This document shows, piece by piece, positions 1-9,980 of a stretch of DNA of 64,000 bases. The translations under genes and the position numbers were made by a program. Below the pieces are notes generated by a model. It was not told the DNA's origin. It ran no database searches and saw only the letters and a list, made by a program, of their open reading frames with translations. The stretch is from NCBI GenBank assembly GCA_905234755.1, contig CAJOIT010000003.1, forward strand, positions 479,331 through 543,330, written 5' to 3'. This DNA comes from an uncultured Bacteroidales bacterium. Lineage in GTDB: Bacteria; Bacteroidota; Bacteroidia; Bacteroidales; ML635J-15. The first letter of the stretch is position 1. Each line of letters starts with the position of its first letter.

Positions 1-39
1 TTTTTTCGCTTCAAGTCAATATCTTTTATTTAAAACCCT

Positions 40-47
40 TATCTTTG
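40..47 (+). promoter_or_regulatory. Bacteroidota -7 promoter box TAnnTTTG (TATCTTTG)
   Basis: Exact consensus match 25 nt upstream of the ATG at 72. Confidence 0.5.
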
Positions 48-71
48 CACCATAATAAAAACTATATAATT

Positions 72-1232
72 ATGGCTAAGATTCTTGTGATTGACGATGA
101 ACGAAGCATCCGTAACACATTGAGCGACATACTTGGTCTTGAGGGACATAAGGTGGAAGTTGCCGAGGATGGCGAACAGGGATTCCGCAAGGCATCCGAA
201 ACAAAGTTTGATGCTGTGTTCTGCGATATAAAAATGCCAAAGATGGACGGAATGGAAGTGCTTGCAAAGTTGCACGACAGTTTTCCGGAACTTCCGATTG
301 TAATGATTTCGGGGCATGGTGACATAGATACAGCTGTTGAGTCGATAAAGAAAGGTGCTTTCGACTACATTCAGAAGCCCTTGGACTTGAACCGTATGTT
401 GGTGACATTGCGCAATGCTCTCGATCGTTCCACATTGGTCACCGAAACCAAGACCTTGAAAAAGAAGGTGAACTCAAAGTACAAGATGATAGGCGAGACT
501 CCCGAAATGAAGAAAGTCAAGGAGATGATTGACCGTGTTGCGCCAACCGATGCCCGCGTGCTGATAACCGGTAGCAACGGAACAGGCAAGGAGGCGGTGG
601 CTCATTGGATTCACGAGAAGAGCAACCGTGCTGCGGCTCCATTTGTCGAGGTAAACTGCGCTGCAATACCATCGGAACTTATTGAGAGCGAGTTGTTTGG
701 TCATGTTAAGGGTTCGTTCACTGGTGCCGTAAAGGACAAGGCTGGAAAGTTTGAGCAGGCCGACGGCGGTACGCTTTTCCTCGATGAGATTGGCGATATG
801 AGTCTTGCAGCACAGGCAAAGGTGCTTCGTGCATTGCAGGAGAGCAGGATTACACGCATCGGAAGCGACAAGGATGTGACTGTAAATGTGCGCGTTGTGG
901 CGGCAACCAACAAGAATCTGCGCGAGGAAATTGAAAAGGGCAATTTCCGCGAAGACTTGTATCACCGTCTTAGCGTAATTTTGATTCATGTGCCGACTTT
1001 GAACGAGCGCGCCGATGATATTCCGCTGTTGGTGGATGATTTCATCCGTACTTGCTGCGAGGAGCAGAATTTCCCAGTTAAGAAAATTACCGATGATGCG
1101 ATTGCTGAATTGAAGAAAATAAACTGGCGAGGAAATATCCGCGAACTTCGCAATGTGATTGAAAGGCTTGTAATTCTCTGCGGCGCAGAAATTACCGCTG
1201 ATGATGTAAAGAATTATGCAAATGTTTTTTAA
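72..1232 (+). CDS. sigma-54-dependent response regulator (REC + AAA+ sigma-54 interaction domain, no C-terminal HTH)
   Basis: ORF 45..1232. The ATG at 72 (MAKILVIDDE) is preferred because a TAnnTTTG box sits at 40-47. Receiver-domain Asp/Lys pattern, Walker A GSNGTGKE, GSFTGA (GAFTGA-type) loop. The protein ends about 20 aa after NIRELRNVIERL. Confidence 0.85.
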   Translation: MAKILVIDDERSIRNTLSDILGLEGHKVEVAEDGEQGFRKASETKFDAVFCDIKMPKMDGMEVLAKLHDSFPELPIVMISGHGDIDTAVESIKKGAFDYIQKPLDLNRMLVTLRNALDRSTLVTETKTLKKKVNSKYKMIGETPEMKKVKEMIDRVAPTDARVLITGSNGTGKEAVAHWIHEKSNRAAAPFVEVNCAAIPSELIESELFGHVKGSFTGAVKDKAGKFEQADGGTLFLDEIGDMSLAAQAKVLRALQESRITRIGSDKDVTVNVRVVAATNKNLREEIEKGNFREDLYHRLSVILIHVPTLNERADDIPLLVDDFIRTCCEEQNFPVKKITDDAIAELKKINWRGNIRELRNVIERLVILCGAEITADDVKNYANVF

Positions 1233-1310
1233 GGCTAACGGTCGAACAGTCTAACAGCCTTGCAGTCGAGTCAAAGGCTGTTTGCTTTTAGCCTGTCAGC
1301 CTGTTAGCCC
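1233..1310 (-). repeat. intergenic word-repeat element (module a, inverted)
   Basis: The reverse complement of 1284-1310 is GGGCTAACAGGCTGACAGGCTAAAAGC. Confidence 0.55.
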
Positions 1311-1322
1311 AAGTATATTACC

Positions 1323-1976
1323 ATGAAAAAAATAATAGTATCCCCATCGTTACTTTCGGCAGACTTCAACCATCTTGCCGATGACATAGAAATGATAAAC
1401 GGCAGCGAAGCCGACTGGTTTCACCTCGACATTATGGATGGAGTGTTCGTTCCGAACATATCATTCGGATTGCCGATTGTGAAAAGTGTGAAAAAACTTG
1501 CGCAGAAGCCTCTGGATGTTCATCTGATGATTGTTCAGCCGGAACGCTACATAGAGGCGTTTGCAAAGGCAGGTGCCGATATTCTTACCGTTCATTATGA
1601 GGCATGTACGCACTTGCATCGCACGGTGCAGGAAATCAAGAGCCACGGAATGAAGGCTGGCGTTTCGGTAAATCCGCACACCTCGGTCAAGTTGCTAGAG
1701 GACATTCTGCCCGAGATAGATCTTGTGCTGATAATGTCGGTAAATCCGGGATTTGGCGGACAGTCGTTCATCAAGAACAGCTTGAAAAAGATTTCGGAAC
1801 TTCGCAGTATTGCCAATGTGGTTAATCCCGAGGTGATAATTGAGGTGGATGGAGGCGTTGATACTCAGAACCATCGCGAGATTGTCAAGGCAGGTGCTAA
1901 TGCACTTGTTGCTGGAAGCGCAGTTTTCGGTGCCGAAAATCCGACTGAAGCTATTACAAAGCTAAAAACTTTATAA
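1323..1976 (+). CDS. rpe: ribulose-phosphate 3-epimerase
   Basis: 217 aa with SPSLLSADF, HLDIMDG, VNPGFGGQSF and EVDGG motifs. Confidence 0.95.
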   Translation: MKKIIVSPSLLSADFNHLADDIEMINGSEADWFHLDIMDGVFVPNISFGLPIVKSVKKLAQKPLDVHLMIVQPERYIEAFAKAGADILTVHYEACTHLHRTVQEIKSHGMKAGVSVNPHTSVKLLEDILPEIDLVLIMSVNPGFGGQSFIKNSLKKISELRSIANVVNPEVIIEVDGGVDTQNHREIVKAGANALVAGSAVFGAENPTEAITKLKTL

Positions 1977-2854
1977 TGAAGCGTCTGGAATATCTTTCGT
2001 TTCGCTTTTTGGTGGCGTGTTCGCGGATAACGCCGTTTTTTCTGCTGTACTTTTGGGCTGATGTATTTTATTTTGTGATATACTACTTAGCTGGTTACAG
2101 GAAAAAAGTTGTGCTTGAGAATCTGCGCAAGTCGTTTCCCGAAAAGTCGGACAAGGAAATAACGCAGCTTGCAAAGAAATTTTACCGACATCTGGCAGAT
2201 GTTACGCTTGAGGCAATCAAGGGCATGACGATTTCGGAAAAGCAGATAAAAAAGCGCTATGTCATTGAAAATGCGGATATTCCAAATGAGTATTTTGATC
2301 GTGGGCAGTCGGTGCTTCTGCTTACAAGCCATTATGGAAACTGGGAGTACGGAATGTTGGCAACCGATATGGCTATCAAGCATCAGACGGTGGCGTTGTA
2401 TCTTCCGCTAACTAACAAGTTTTCGGAGAGTTATGGTGTGACTCGCCGTGGAAGGTTTGGCATGAAGATGGTGCCTGTGCAGCAGACGAAGACCATTTTT
2501 GCCACTCCACCCGAAAAACCGATTGGCGTGATTATGGCTGCCGACCAAAGTCCATCGAATCTTGAACGGGCAATATGGCTCGATTTTTTGAATCACGATA
2601 CCGCTTGCATTCACGGACCTGAGGCGTATGCGAAAAAAATGAATCTTCCAGCTCTTTATATGAAGATTTGGAAGCCCAAGCGCGGACATTACAAACTGAC
2701 ATTCGAGAAACTTATCGACAATCCGCAGCAGTACGAGCAAGGCGAGATTACTAAGTTGTATTTCAAGAGGTTGGAGGAAGATATAAGGCAGTGTCCTGAA
2801 TATTGGCTTTGGTCGCACAGAAGGTGGAAACATTCGCGTCAAAGCGAAAACTAA
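1976..2854 (+). CDS. lipid A biosynthesis acyltransferase (LpxL/HtrB family)
   Basis: 292 aa with an N-terminal TM segment and the SHYGNWE acyltransferase motif. The start overlaps the rpe stop (TAATG). Confidence 0.8.
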   Translation: MKRLEYLSFRFLVACSRITPFFLLYFWADVFYFVIYYLAGYRKKVVLENLRKSFPEKSDKEITQLAKKFYRHLADVTLEAIKGMTISEKQIKKRYVIENADIPNEYFDRGQSVLLLTSHYGNWEYGMLATDMAIKHQTVALYLPLTNKFSESYGVTRRGRFGMKMVPVQQTKTIFATPPEKPIGVIMAADQSPSNLERAIWLDFLNHDTACIHGPEAYAKKMNLPALYMKIWKPKRGHYKLTFEKLIDNPQQYEQGEITKLYFKRLEEDIRQCPEYWLWSHRRWKHSRQSEN

Positions 2855-2869
2855 TAAAACTTAATTGGT

Positions 2870-3505
2870 ATGACAGAATTCAATACTTTTATATTCAATG
2901 CTTTTGGCGTTAATGCCTACATCGTTTCCGATGAGACAAACGAAGCCGTAATTATTGATGGTGCAGTAAATTCCGACAGGGAAATGTTGGCGTTGAAGCA
3001 ATTTGTTGACAATAACAAACTGAAAATAAAGTACATAATCAATACACACGGGCATCTTGACCACATTTGTGGCAACGACAGGTTGAAAAAGGAATACAAT
3101 GTTCCTGTTCTTGCAAATTTCAAGGATAATGACTTGGTAGCGAATGTGGATAGGGAAGCAGCGATGTTCGGTTTTCGCATGAACCAGCAGTCGTTGCCTG
3201 ACCAGAACATAGTTGATGGCGATGAAATCAGATTTGGAAATTCGGTATTGAAGGTTTTGGAAGTTCCGGGACATTCGCAGGGTAGTGTTGCCTTGTATTC
3301 CGAGACTGGGAATTTTGTCGTTTGTGGCGATGCTTTGTTTTGTGGAAGCATTGGTCGCACCGATTTGCCGGGTGGAAGCCATGCCCAGTTGATTGACAGC
3401 ATAAGGAAAAAACTTTTCACGCTTGACCGAAATTGCAAGGCATTGCCCGGACATGGCGAATCCACAACAATAGGGTATGAGGTTGACACAAATCCGTTCT
3501 TTTAG
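2870..3505 (+). CDS. MBL-fold metallo-hydrolase (glyoxalase II-like)
   Basis: 211 aa with the HGHLDH (HxHxDH) zinc motif and downstream His/Asp ligands. Confidence 0.85.
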   Translation: MTEFNTFIFNAFGVNAYIVSDETNEAVIIDGAVNSDREMLALKQFVDNNKLKIKYIINTHGHLDHICGNDRLKKEYNVPVLANFKDNDLVANVDREAAMFGFRMNQQSLPDQNIVDGDEIRFGNSVLKVLEVPGHSQGSVALYSETGNFVVCGDALFCGSIGRTDLPGGSHAQLIDSIRKKLFTLDRNCKALPGHGESTTIGYEVDTNPFF

Positions 3506-3540
3506 GACAATATTTTAGGGAAATTTGCGTTAACTAACCA

Positions 3541-4788
3541 ATGAAATTGTCAAAGACAAACATAGTACTGATTGTTGTGCTGTCGGTAATCGTGGCGACG
3601 GGAGTTGCTGTCGCTGTGATTGTGTTTTGCGGTAAGGCAGAGGACGATAGGGTAGAAGTTCCTGTGGAAGAACCAATTGTCGAAACTCGCTTTGGTTTTC
3701 CTGTTGACGATTGGACTATTACCGACGATACAGTTCGCCAAGGCGATTATCTGGGTACTATACTAAATAGGTATGGCGTTCCGATGTCGCAGGTTGACAA
3801 GATTGCACGAATTTCGGATTCAGTTGATTATACGCGGATTGCTGTTGGTCGTCCGTACAGCGTTTTTTCATCGCCGGACGATACCGCCCGAATGGCAAAG
3901 ATTTTTGTTTACGAAAATAGTCCGCTGATGTTCACGGTGTTCGATTTTCGCGATTCGGTGGGTGTGTTCCGCCAATACCACGATGTCGATACTGTGGTTT
4001 GTACGGCATCGGGACGGATAAGCTCGTCGCTGTGGAATGTGCTGGATGCCAAGGGTTACGACTGGGATTTGGCGGTTGGAATGTCGCAGGTGTGGGCGTG
4101 GACGGTGGATTTCTACGCCTTGCAGAAGGACGACTGGTTCAAGATTATTTTTGAGGAATATCGTGTTGGTGGCGAAACGGTTAGGATTGGCAAAGTTCTG
4201 GCTGGAGTTTTTTCGCACAACGGCAAGGAGAGGTGGGCGATACCTTTTGTCAACGATTCGGTTTCTGAATTTTTCGACACCTGCGGGCAAAGTATTCGCA
4301 AGACCTTTATGAAGGCACCGCTGAAGTTCACGCGCATAAGCTCACGATATACAAATTCGCGTATGCATCCCATCCACCATGTTCCTAAGGCGCATCTGGC
4401 GGTTGACTTTTCTGCTCCGATGGGAACGCCTGTGTATGCAGCATCTGATGGTCGTATAACCCTGCGCCAATATGGAAATGGTTCAGGAAATTATGTCAAG
4501 ATTAGGCATAATTCAGTTTATGAGACGGTGTATATGCATTTGTCGAAGTTTGGAAAGTACAATGTGGGCGATTATGTGCATCAGGGCGATGTGATTGGTT
4601 ATGTGGGCAGTACTGGATGGTCAACTGGTCCGCATCTGCACTACGAGGTTCACGAAAACGGCAAGAAGATTAATCCGTTGAACTTTGACCCGCCTACAGC
4701 AGAACCTGTAGATTCGGCAAATATGGAGCGTTTCAATAGGGAAAAGCGTCCGTGGATTGAAAAGATTGGTAAAATTGTATTGGAATAA
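3541..4788 (+). CDS. membrane-anchored LysM-like + M23 family metallopeptidase
   Basis: 415 aa with an N-terminal TM helix. HLAVDF and GSTGWSTGPHLHYEV are M23 signatures. Confidence 0.85.
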   Translation: MKLSKTNIVLIVVLSVIVATGVAVAVIVFCGKAEDDRVEVPVEEPIVETRFGFPVDDWTITDDTVRQGDYLGTILNRYGVPMSQVDKIARISDSVDYTRIAVGRPYSVFSSPDDTARMAKIFVYENSPLMFTVFDFRDSVGVFRQYHDVDTVVCTASGRISSSLWNVLDAKGYDWDLAVGMSQVWAWTVDFYALQKDDWFKIIFEEYRVGGETVRIGKVLAGVFSHNGKERWAIPFVNDSVSEFFDTCGQSIRKTFMKAPLKFTRISSRYTNSRMHPIHHVPKAHLAVDFSAPMGTPVYAASDGRITLRQYGNGSGNYVKIRHNSVYETVYMHLSKFGKYNVGDYVHQGDVIGYVGSTGWSTGPHLHYEVHENGKKINPLNFDPPTAEPVDSANMERFNREKRPWIEKIGKIVLE

Positions 4789-4793
4789 AAAAT

Positions 4794-4820
4794 AAAAAAG
4801 AGGCGTTGAGCCTCTTTTTT
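4794..4820. terminator. bidirectional intrinsic terminator
   Basis: AAAAAAGAGGC-GTTGA-GCCTCTTTTTT: a GC core flanked by an A-run and a T-run, between convergent genes. Confidence 0.8.
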
Positions 4821-4837
4821 ATTGAAAAACATGCGGA

Positions 4838-5116
4838 TTATTCAGCTATCTTTTGGAGAGCGTCAGCCATCTTCAACATGCAGTCAATGTCCATGTTGTC
4901 GTTTTCGAGAACCTTGTTGAATTTTGCTTCAGCGTTGCCTTCGAAATCGGTTTTGCCTTTCCAGCCTTCTACGATTTTAACAGCTTCATCGCAGTTGCCA
5001 GCGTTAATAGCGTCTTCTACCTTCTGAACGTCAGCTTCTGTAACCTTGCTGCCGCAGCTTGTCATTGCAAAGCATGATGCAAATGCAATCATTCCAATAA
5101 AAAATAATCTCTTCAT
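4838..5116 (-). CDS. small lipoprotein, unknown function
   Basis: 92 aa with a signal peptide and lipobox (FAMTSC). Convergent with the M23 gene across a shared hairpin. Confidence 0.6.
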   Translation of the reverse strand: MKRLFFIGMIAFASCFAMTSCGSKVTEADVQKVEDAINAGNCDEAVKIVEGWKGKTDFEGNAEAKFNKVLENDNMDIDCMLKMADALQKIAE

Positions 5117-5296
5117 TTATTTATGTTTTAAAATTTTAGGGGCTTTTTATTTAGTTGAATCAGATGCCCCATTTTGTCTTCATCAACTTCGGGACAAAAG
5201 TATGAATTATTTTTCATGGGACAAGTAGCTTTTTCGTTTTTTTAGTTTATGTTCGTAAACATGTTTTTTGTTTGATAGGCATTCGGAATAAAATTT

Positions 5297-5304
5297 TATC
5301 TTTG
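5297..5304 (+). promoter_or_regulatory. TAnnTTTG box (TATCTTTG)
   Basis: 31 nt upstream of the ATG at 5335. Confidence 0.5.
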
Positions 5305-5334
5305 TGCCAATTAATTTTTAAACACAAATAGGTC

Positions 5335-6546
5335 ATGATAGAAAACTTGAATGAATTTATGTCAACGAATATGGCTGCTGCAAAGCGTTCTGCCATTCGT
5401 GAAATATTGAAGTTAACACAGCGTCCCGAAGTTATTTCGTTTGCTGGTGGTTTGCCTGCTCCTGCATCGTTCCCAGTAAAGGACATCAAGCAGTGCATCG
5501 ATGAAATACTTGATGAGGCTGGACCAAAAGCATTGCAGTACGGAACTACCGAGGGTGATGTTGAGCTTCGCAACGAAATCGTTAAGCATTATGCTCGTCA
5601 GGGAATGAATGTCACCATCGACAACCTTATGATTACCACTGCATCACAGCAGGCTCTCGACATTGCAGGTTGGATTTTCATCAATCCTGGTGACACAATC
5701 ATCTGCGGTTTGCCGTCATATCTTGGCGCTCTCGGTTCATTCCGCGCTTACGGTGCTGTTCCAGTAGGAATTCCATTCGATGAATATGGCATGAAACCAG
5801 ACCTTCTCGATGCTAAGTTGGCTGAAATGAAGGCTCAGGGCAAGAAACCGAAATTCATCTATTTGATTCCTGATTTCCAGAACCCGACAGGTATTACTTA
5901 CCCAGAAGCACGCCGTCAGGAAATTATAGACATTGCCGACAAGTACGATTTGTTCATCATCGAGGACTGCCCATACCGTGAACTTCGTTTCGAAGGCAAG
6001 GCACAGCGCATGATGTACGAACTTGACAAGAACCACAGAGTTATCTCTCTCGGAACATTCTCGAAGACTTTGGCTCCTGGTTTCCGTCTTGGTTGGGTTC
6101 TTGCTCATCCGGATGTAATCTACAAGTTCGTAACTGCTAAGCAGCACACCGACCTTTGTACTCCAGCTATCCTTCAGATGGCAACCGCAAGATATATGTC
6201 GAAAGGTTTGTTCGAGAAGAACTTCGGCAAGACAATCGAGATGTACCGCGAAAAACGCGACTATATGCTCAATTGCTTCGAAAAGTACATGCCAGAAGGT
6301 GTTAAGTGGACACATCCAGAAGGCGGTTTGTTCCTCTTGCTCTCGTTGCCGGAAGGTTACGATACAAACGAACTCTTCCAGGTTGCAATCAAGAACAATG
6401 TTGCTTTCGTAACCGGCGAAGTATTCTTCTGCGATGGAAGCGGCAAGAACACAATGCGTTTGAATTTCTCATATTCATCGTTGGAGCAGATAGAAGAAGG
6501 TGTAAAGCGTCTTGCATCTGCAATAAAGGAATTCATGAAGAAGTAA
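5335..6546 (+). CDS. PLP-dependent aminotransferase (class I/II)
   Basis: 403 aa with the SFSKTLAPGFRLGW PLP-lysine motif. TAnnTTTG box at 5297-5304. Confidence 0.85.
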   Translation: MIENLNEFMSTNMAAAKRSAIREILKLTQRPEVISFAGGLPAPASFPVKDIKQCIDEILDEAGPKALQYGTTEGDVELRNEIVKHYARQGMNVTIDNLMITTASQQALDIAGWIFINPGDTIICGLPSYLGALGSFRAYGAVPVGIPFDEYGMKPDLLDAKLAEMKAQGKKPKFIYLIPDFQNPTGITYPEARRQEIIDIADKYDLFIIEDCPYRELRFEGKAQRMMYELDKNHRVISLGTFSKTLAPGFRLGWVLAHPDVIYKFVTAKQHTDLCTPAILQMATARYMSKGLFEKNFGKTIEMYREKRDYMLNCFEKYMPEGVKWTHPEGGLFLLLSLPEGYDTNELFQVAIKNNVAFVTGEVFFCDGSGKNTMRLNFSYSSLEQIEEGVKRLASAIKEFMKK

Positions 6547-6570
6547 ATAGTATAAAGCAATTAGATTTGA

Positions 6571-6601
6571 AGAGCGATGCCAATGGTATCGCTCTTTTTT
6601 T
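6571..6601 (+). terminator. intrinsic terminator
   Basis: AGAGCGAT/ATCGCTCT 8-bp stem followed by T7, after the aminotransferase gene. Confidence 0.8.
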
Positions 6602-6662
6602 GATAGGTATTATTCCGCATCTAAAAACATTTTCGTAATTTCGCGACCTAAATGTTTCCAAT

Positions 6663-8441
6663 ATGGACGAATACATTGTATCAGCCAGAAAATATCGTCC
6701 CGATACCTTTGAAATGGTTGTGGGACAGGACGCTATAACGCAAACACTGAAAAATTCTATAAAGAACAATCAGCTCGGACAGGCATATCTGTTTTGCGGT
6801 CCGCGTGGTGTAGGTAAGACTACTTGTGCGCGAATTTTTGCAAAGACCATCAATTGTAGCAATCCAACGCCTGAGCATGAACCGTGTAACGAGTGCGAAT
6901 CGTGCCGTGCTTTTGCCGAGTCAAGGTCGTTCAACATACATGAACTAGATGCTGCATCAAACAACTCGGTGGACGATATTCGTGTGCTTATCGACCAGGT
7001 TCGCATACCGCCGCAGTTGGGTTCGTACAGCGTGTATATCATCGATGAAGTTCACATGTTGTCGCAGGCGGCTTTCAATGCCTTCCTGAAAACTTTGGAG
7101 GAACCGCCCAAGCATGCGATTTTCATACTTGCAACAACTGAAAAACACAAGATATTGCCTACTATTCTCTCGCGTTGCCAGATATTCGATTTCAATAGGA
7201 TAAGCGTTGAGGATATTCGCAAGCGACTCGAGTTTGTTGCAAATCGTGAAGGTATTGAAGCCGAGTCGGATGCGTTGCATGTGATTGCACAGAAGGCCGA
7301 TGGCGCCATGCGTGATGCTTTGTCGATTTTCGACCAGATTGTAAGTTTCTGCGGAAAGAACATTACATATCAGGATACAATAAAGAACCTTAATGTACTT
7401 GATTATGAAGTATATTTCAAGGTAACCGATGCGCTTTTGGCAGGTAATTATGCCGAAGCATTGACAATCTTTGATGAAGTCCTGAAGAAAGGTTTCGAAG
7501 GAGGATATTTTATCGGAGGACTGGCATCGCATTATCGTGATTTGCTGGTTTGCAAGGATCCGGGCACGATAGGATTGATTGAGGTTGGCGACAAGACAAA
7601 GACAAGGTATCTGGAATATGCGCAAAAGTGCTCTACTTCATTTTTGTTCAATGCCATACAGATTGCCAATGGCTGCGATATGAGTTACAAGACGGCGCAG
7701 AACAAGCGATTGCTTGTCGAATTGTCGTTGCTTAGGATATGCAATCTGGCAACTGATGTTTTTGCAGTAGCACAGGCTCAGCCGGTTCAAAATGTTGTGC
7801 AGAAGCAAGCTGTTGCAAATACAGTAGTGGCAGAACCGCCGAAGGCATATAGCACACCTGAACCTAAGCCAGTTCAACCTAAACCCGAACCAGCAAAAGC
7901 GGTAGAGGAGAAGAAGTCGCTGGAAGCATCTAAAGTTCAGCAGGAAACTAATGCAAAGCCCGGTGCAGAAAATCTTCTTAGCAAGATTGTAGGTCTCGGA
8001 GGAAATGCGGAGGAGAAGCCAAAGGCTGTTGCCGAATCGAATTTCGATAGTGCAAAGTTGGGGGAAAAGGAGTATTCTCTATCCGATGTTGTGACGGCCT
8101 GGCAGGCTTTTGTTGTCGAGAAGTTCAAGACCGACAGTCCGCGTTGGAGCAGTTATTTCAATTCTCATTTGCCAGAACTTTCAGCCGACAATAAATATGT
8201 AGTCAAGGTTGAAAATGAAGAAAAGCTTAGACTTTTGTCGCCAAAGAAAGAGTTTGTGCAGAATTATATTCGCGCAAAACTCGATAATAGGAATTTTACA
8301 TACGACTATGTAGTTGATGAAAGTCTTATCAAGAAGAACGAAGAGTTGGCAAAGACATCATCGGAACGGCTTGATGATCTGAAAAAAAATAATCCCGATG
8401 TAGCCGGAATGATAAGCGACAGCGATTTCATTCAGGTTTAG
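6663..8441 (+). CDS. dnaX: DNA polymerase III subunit gamma/tau
   Basis: 592 aa with GPRGVGKTT Walker A, a CNECESC zinc module, DEVHML and SRCQ motifs, and a Pro/Glu/Lys-rich linker. Confidence 0.95.
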   Translation: MDEYIVSARKYRPDTFEMVVGQDAITQTLKNSIKNNQLGQAYLFCGPRGVGKTTCARIFAKTINCSNPTPEHEPCNECESCRAFAESRSFNIHELDAASNNSVDDIRVLIDQVRIPPQLGSYSVYIIDEVHMLSQAAFNAFLKTLEEPPKHAIFILATTEKHKILPTILSRCQIFDFNRISVEDIRKRLEFVANREGIEAESDALHVIAQKADGAMRDALSIFDQIVSFCGKNITYQDTIKNLNVLDYEVYFKVTDALLAGNYAEALTIFDEVLKKGFEGGYFIGGLASHYRDLLVCKDPGTIGLIEVGDKTKTRYLEYAQKCSTSFLFNAIQIANGCDMSYKTAQNKRLLVELSLLRICNLATDVFAVAQAQPVQNVVQKQAVANTVVAEPPKAYSTPEPKPVQPKPEPAKAVEEKKSLEASKVQQETNAKPGAENLLSKIVGLGGNAEEKPKAVAESNFDSAKLGEKEYSLSDVVTAWQAFVVEKFKTDSPRWSSYFNSHLPELSADNKYVVKVENEEKLRLLSPKKEFVQNYIRAKLDNRNFTYDYVVDESLIKKNEELAKTSSERLDDLKKNNPDVAGMISDSDFIQV

Positions 8442-8451
8442 TATAAAGGCA

Positions 8452-9462
8452 TTGCAGGTGAAAAGCAATAGCGTATTAGAATTTTTCAAATACTGCATAA
8501 GGCGGACGGCATCATCGTGTTGGATTCTTTTCAAACTGATGATTCCCGTTTCCATTGTGATTCGTCTGATTCAGGAATTTGGCGTTCTGCCGTATATCAG
8601 CGGTGTGCTTGAGCCGGTGATGGGCATTGTGGGTTTGCCTGCCGAAACTGCAATAGTGTGGCTTTCGGCGATGGTTGTCAACATTTATGGTGGACTTTTG
8701 TCTCTGTTTTCGATTTATCCCTCGCTAAGTGAACCGCTTACGCATTCACAGCTTACCATTCTGCTTACGATGGTCCTTTTGGCGCATACGATTCCCGTAG
8801 AAGTCGGCATTGCAAAGAAAACAGGCGTAAAATTCTGGATAATGTTCCTCATTCGTTTCCTTGGTGCGATTGCGATAGGAGCAATATTAAATGGTATATA
8901 TTCGCTCACAGGAACATTGCAGAACCCAGTTGAAATGCCGGATTTTCTTGTCGCAGAGAACCTTGGCTGGGGCGAATGGGCGTTGAATGAGTTGAAAAAT
9001 TACGGTCTGATAATATCGGTAATATTTGCCCTTGTGGTGTTTGTGCGACTGCTGGAGGTAATTGGCTTTATGAAGTTTATCAATAAGATGTTCCTGCCTT
9101 TGCTTGGTTGGTTGGGAATCAGCGAGCGTATGCTTCCGCTTACCGTAATTGGAATGACTATGGGACTGGCATACGGCGGTGGACTTATTGTGGAAGAAAG
9201 CAAGAAAGTGGAGGTTCGTCCAAAGGATATTTTCTTTTCAATGACATTGATGGGACTTTTACACAGCATATTCGAGGATACGATATTGATAATAGGAGCA
9301 GGTGCGCACTGGACGGGAGTGATTGTGGTTAGGGCAATATTCGCTTTTGCTGTGACTTACATTTTTGTTTTACTTACCAAAAAGGTTGATGACAAGAAGT
9401 TTGCACGAATTTTCATGACAAAATCCTTTCAAAAGCGCATGACGGCTGAAAAAACGAAATAA
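8452..9462 (+). CDS. nucleoside-recognition (gate) domain membrane protein
   Basis: 336 aa, polytopic. It resembles SpmA/SpmB and FeoB gate-domain proteins; the family call is tentative. Confidence 0.6.
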   Translation: MQVKSNSVLEFFKYCIRRTASSCWILFKLMIPVSIVIRLIQEFGVLPYISGVLEPVMGIVGLPAETAIVWLSAMVVNIYGGLLSLFSIYPSLSEPLTHSQLTILLTMVLLAHTIPVEVGIAKKTGVKFWIMFLIRFLGAIAIGAILNGIYSLTGTLQNPVEMPDFLVAENLGWGEWALNELKNYGLIISVIFALVVFVRLLEVIGFMKFINKMFLPLLGWLGISERMLPLTVIGMTMGLAYGGGLIVEESKKVEVRPKDIFFSMTLMGLLHSIFEDTILIIGAGAHWTGVIVVRAIFAFAVTYIFVLLTKKVDDKKFARIFMTKSFQKRMTAEKTK

Positions 9463-9515
9463 TCGTTTGCCATATTAATTTTTATTACTATTATTACATT
9501 CTTAAATTTAACGAT

Positions 9516-9980
9516 ATGAAAGTAGCAGAAGGAAAGCTTGTTAAGGTCGAGTATGATTTGTTCCTTGATGGTTATAATGAGGAACTTGCATATTCAACAA
9601 AGAATGAAGAAGATGGTTCTGGTTGCATTGAGTTTGTATGTGGCAAGGGCGAACTTCTTGAGCCGATGGAGGCAAAACTCGTAGGAATGGAACCCGGACA
9701 GGAGTTCAAGTTTATGATTCCGAAGGACGAGGCATACGGCGATATAGATGAGGATTTGTTTATCGGTTTCCCGAAATCGGAGTTCATTGATGAGACTGGC
9801 GTTGAAGATATGCCGGAGGAAGGCGACATTGTTCCAATGGAGGACGAAGACGGCATCATTATGAATGCAGTTGTCAATGAAATTACCGATGACCATGTAA
9901 TTCTGGACTTCAATCCTATATATGCTGGCGAAGACCTATATTTCATAGGTAAGATTTTGGATGTAAGGAACGCAAAATGA
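9516..9980 (+). CDS. FKBP-type peptidyl-prolyl cis-trans isomerase (SlyD-like)
   Basis: 154 aa, acidic. The pattern is KVEYDL...GxxExLxPxxEAxLxGM...F. Confidence 0.75.
   Translation: MKVAEGKLVKVEYDLFLDGYNEELAYSTKNEEDGSGCIEFVCGKGELLEPMEAKLVGMEPGQEFKFMIPKDEAYGDIDEDLFIGFPKSEFIDETGVEDMPEEGDIVPMEDEDGIIMNAVVNEITDDHVILDFNPIYAGEDLYFIGKILDVRNAK

Noticed and set aside
8382-8389. A8 run in dnaX as a possible programmed frameshift site producing a gamma subunit
   Set aside because: It lies about 17 codons from the natural stop, so a frameshift there would not generate a shortened gamma-like product. It is treated as an ordinary Lys-rich codon run.
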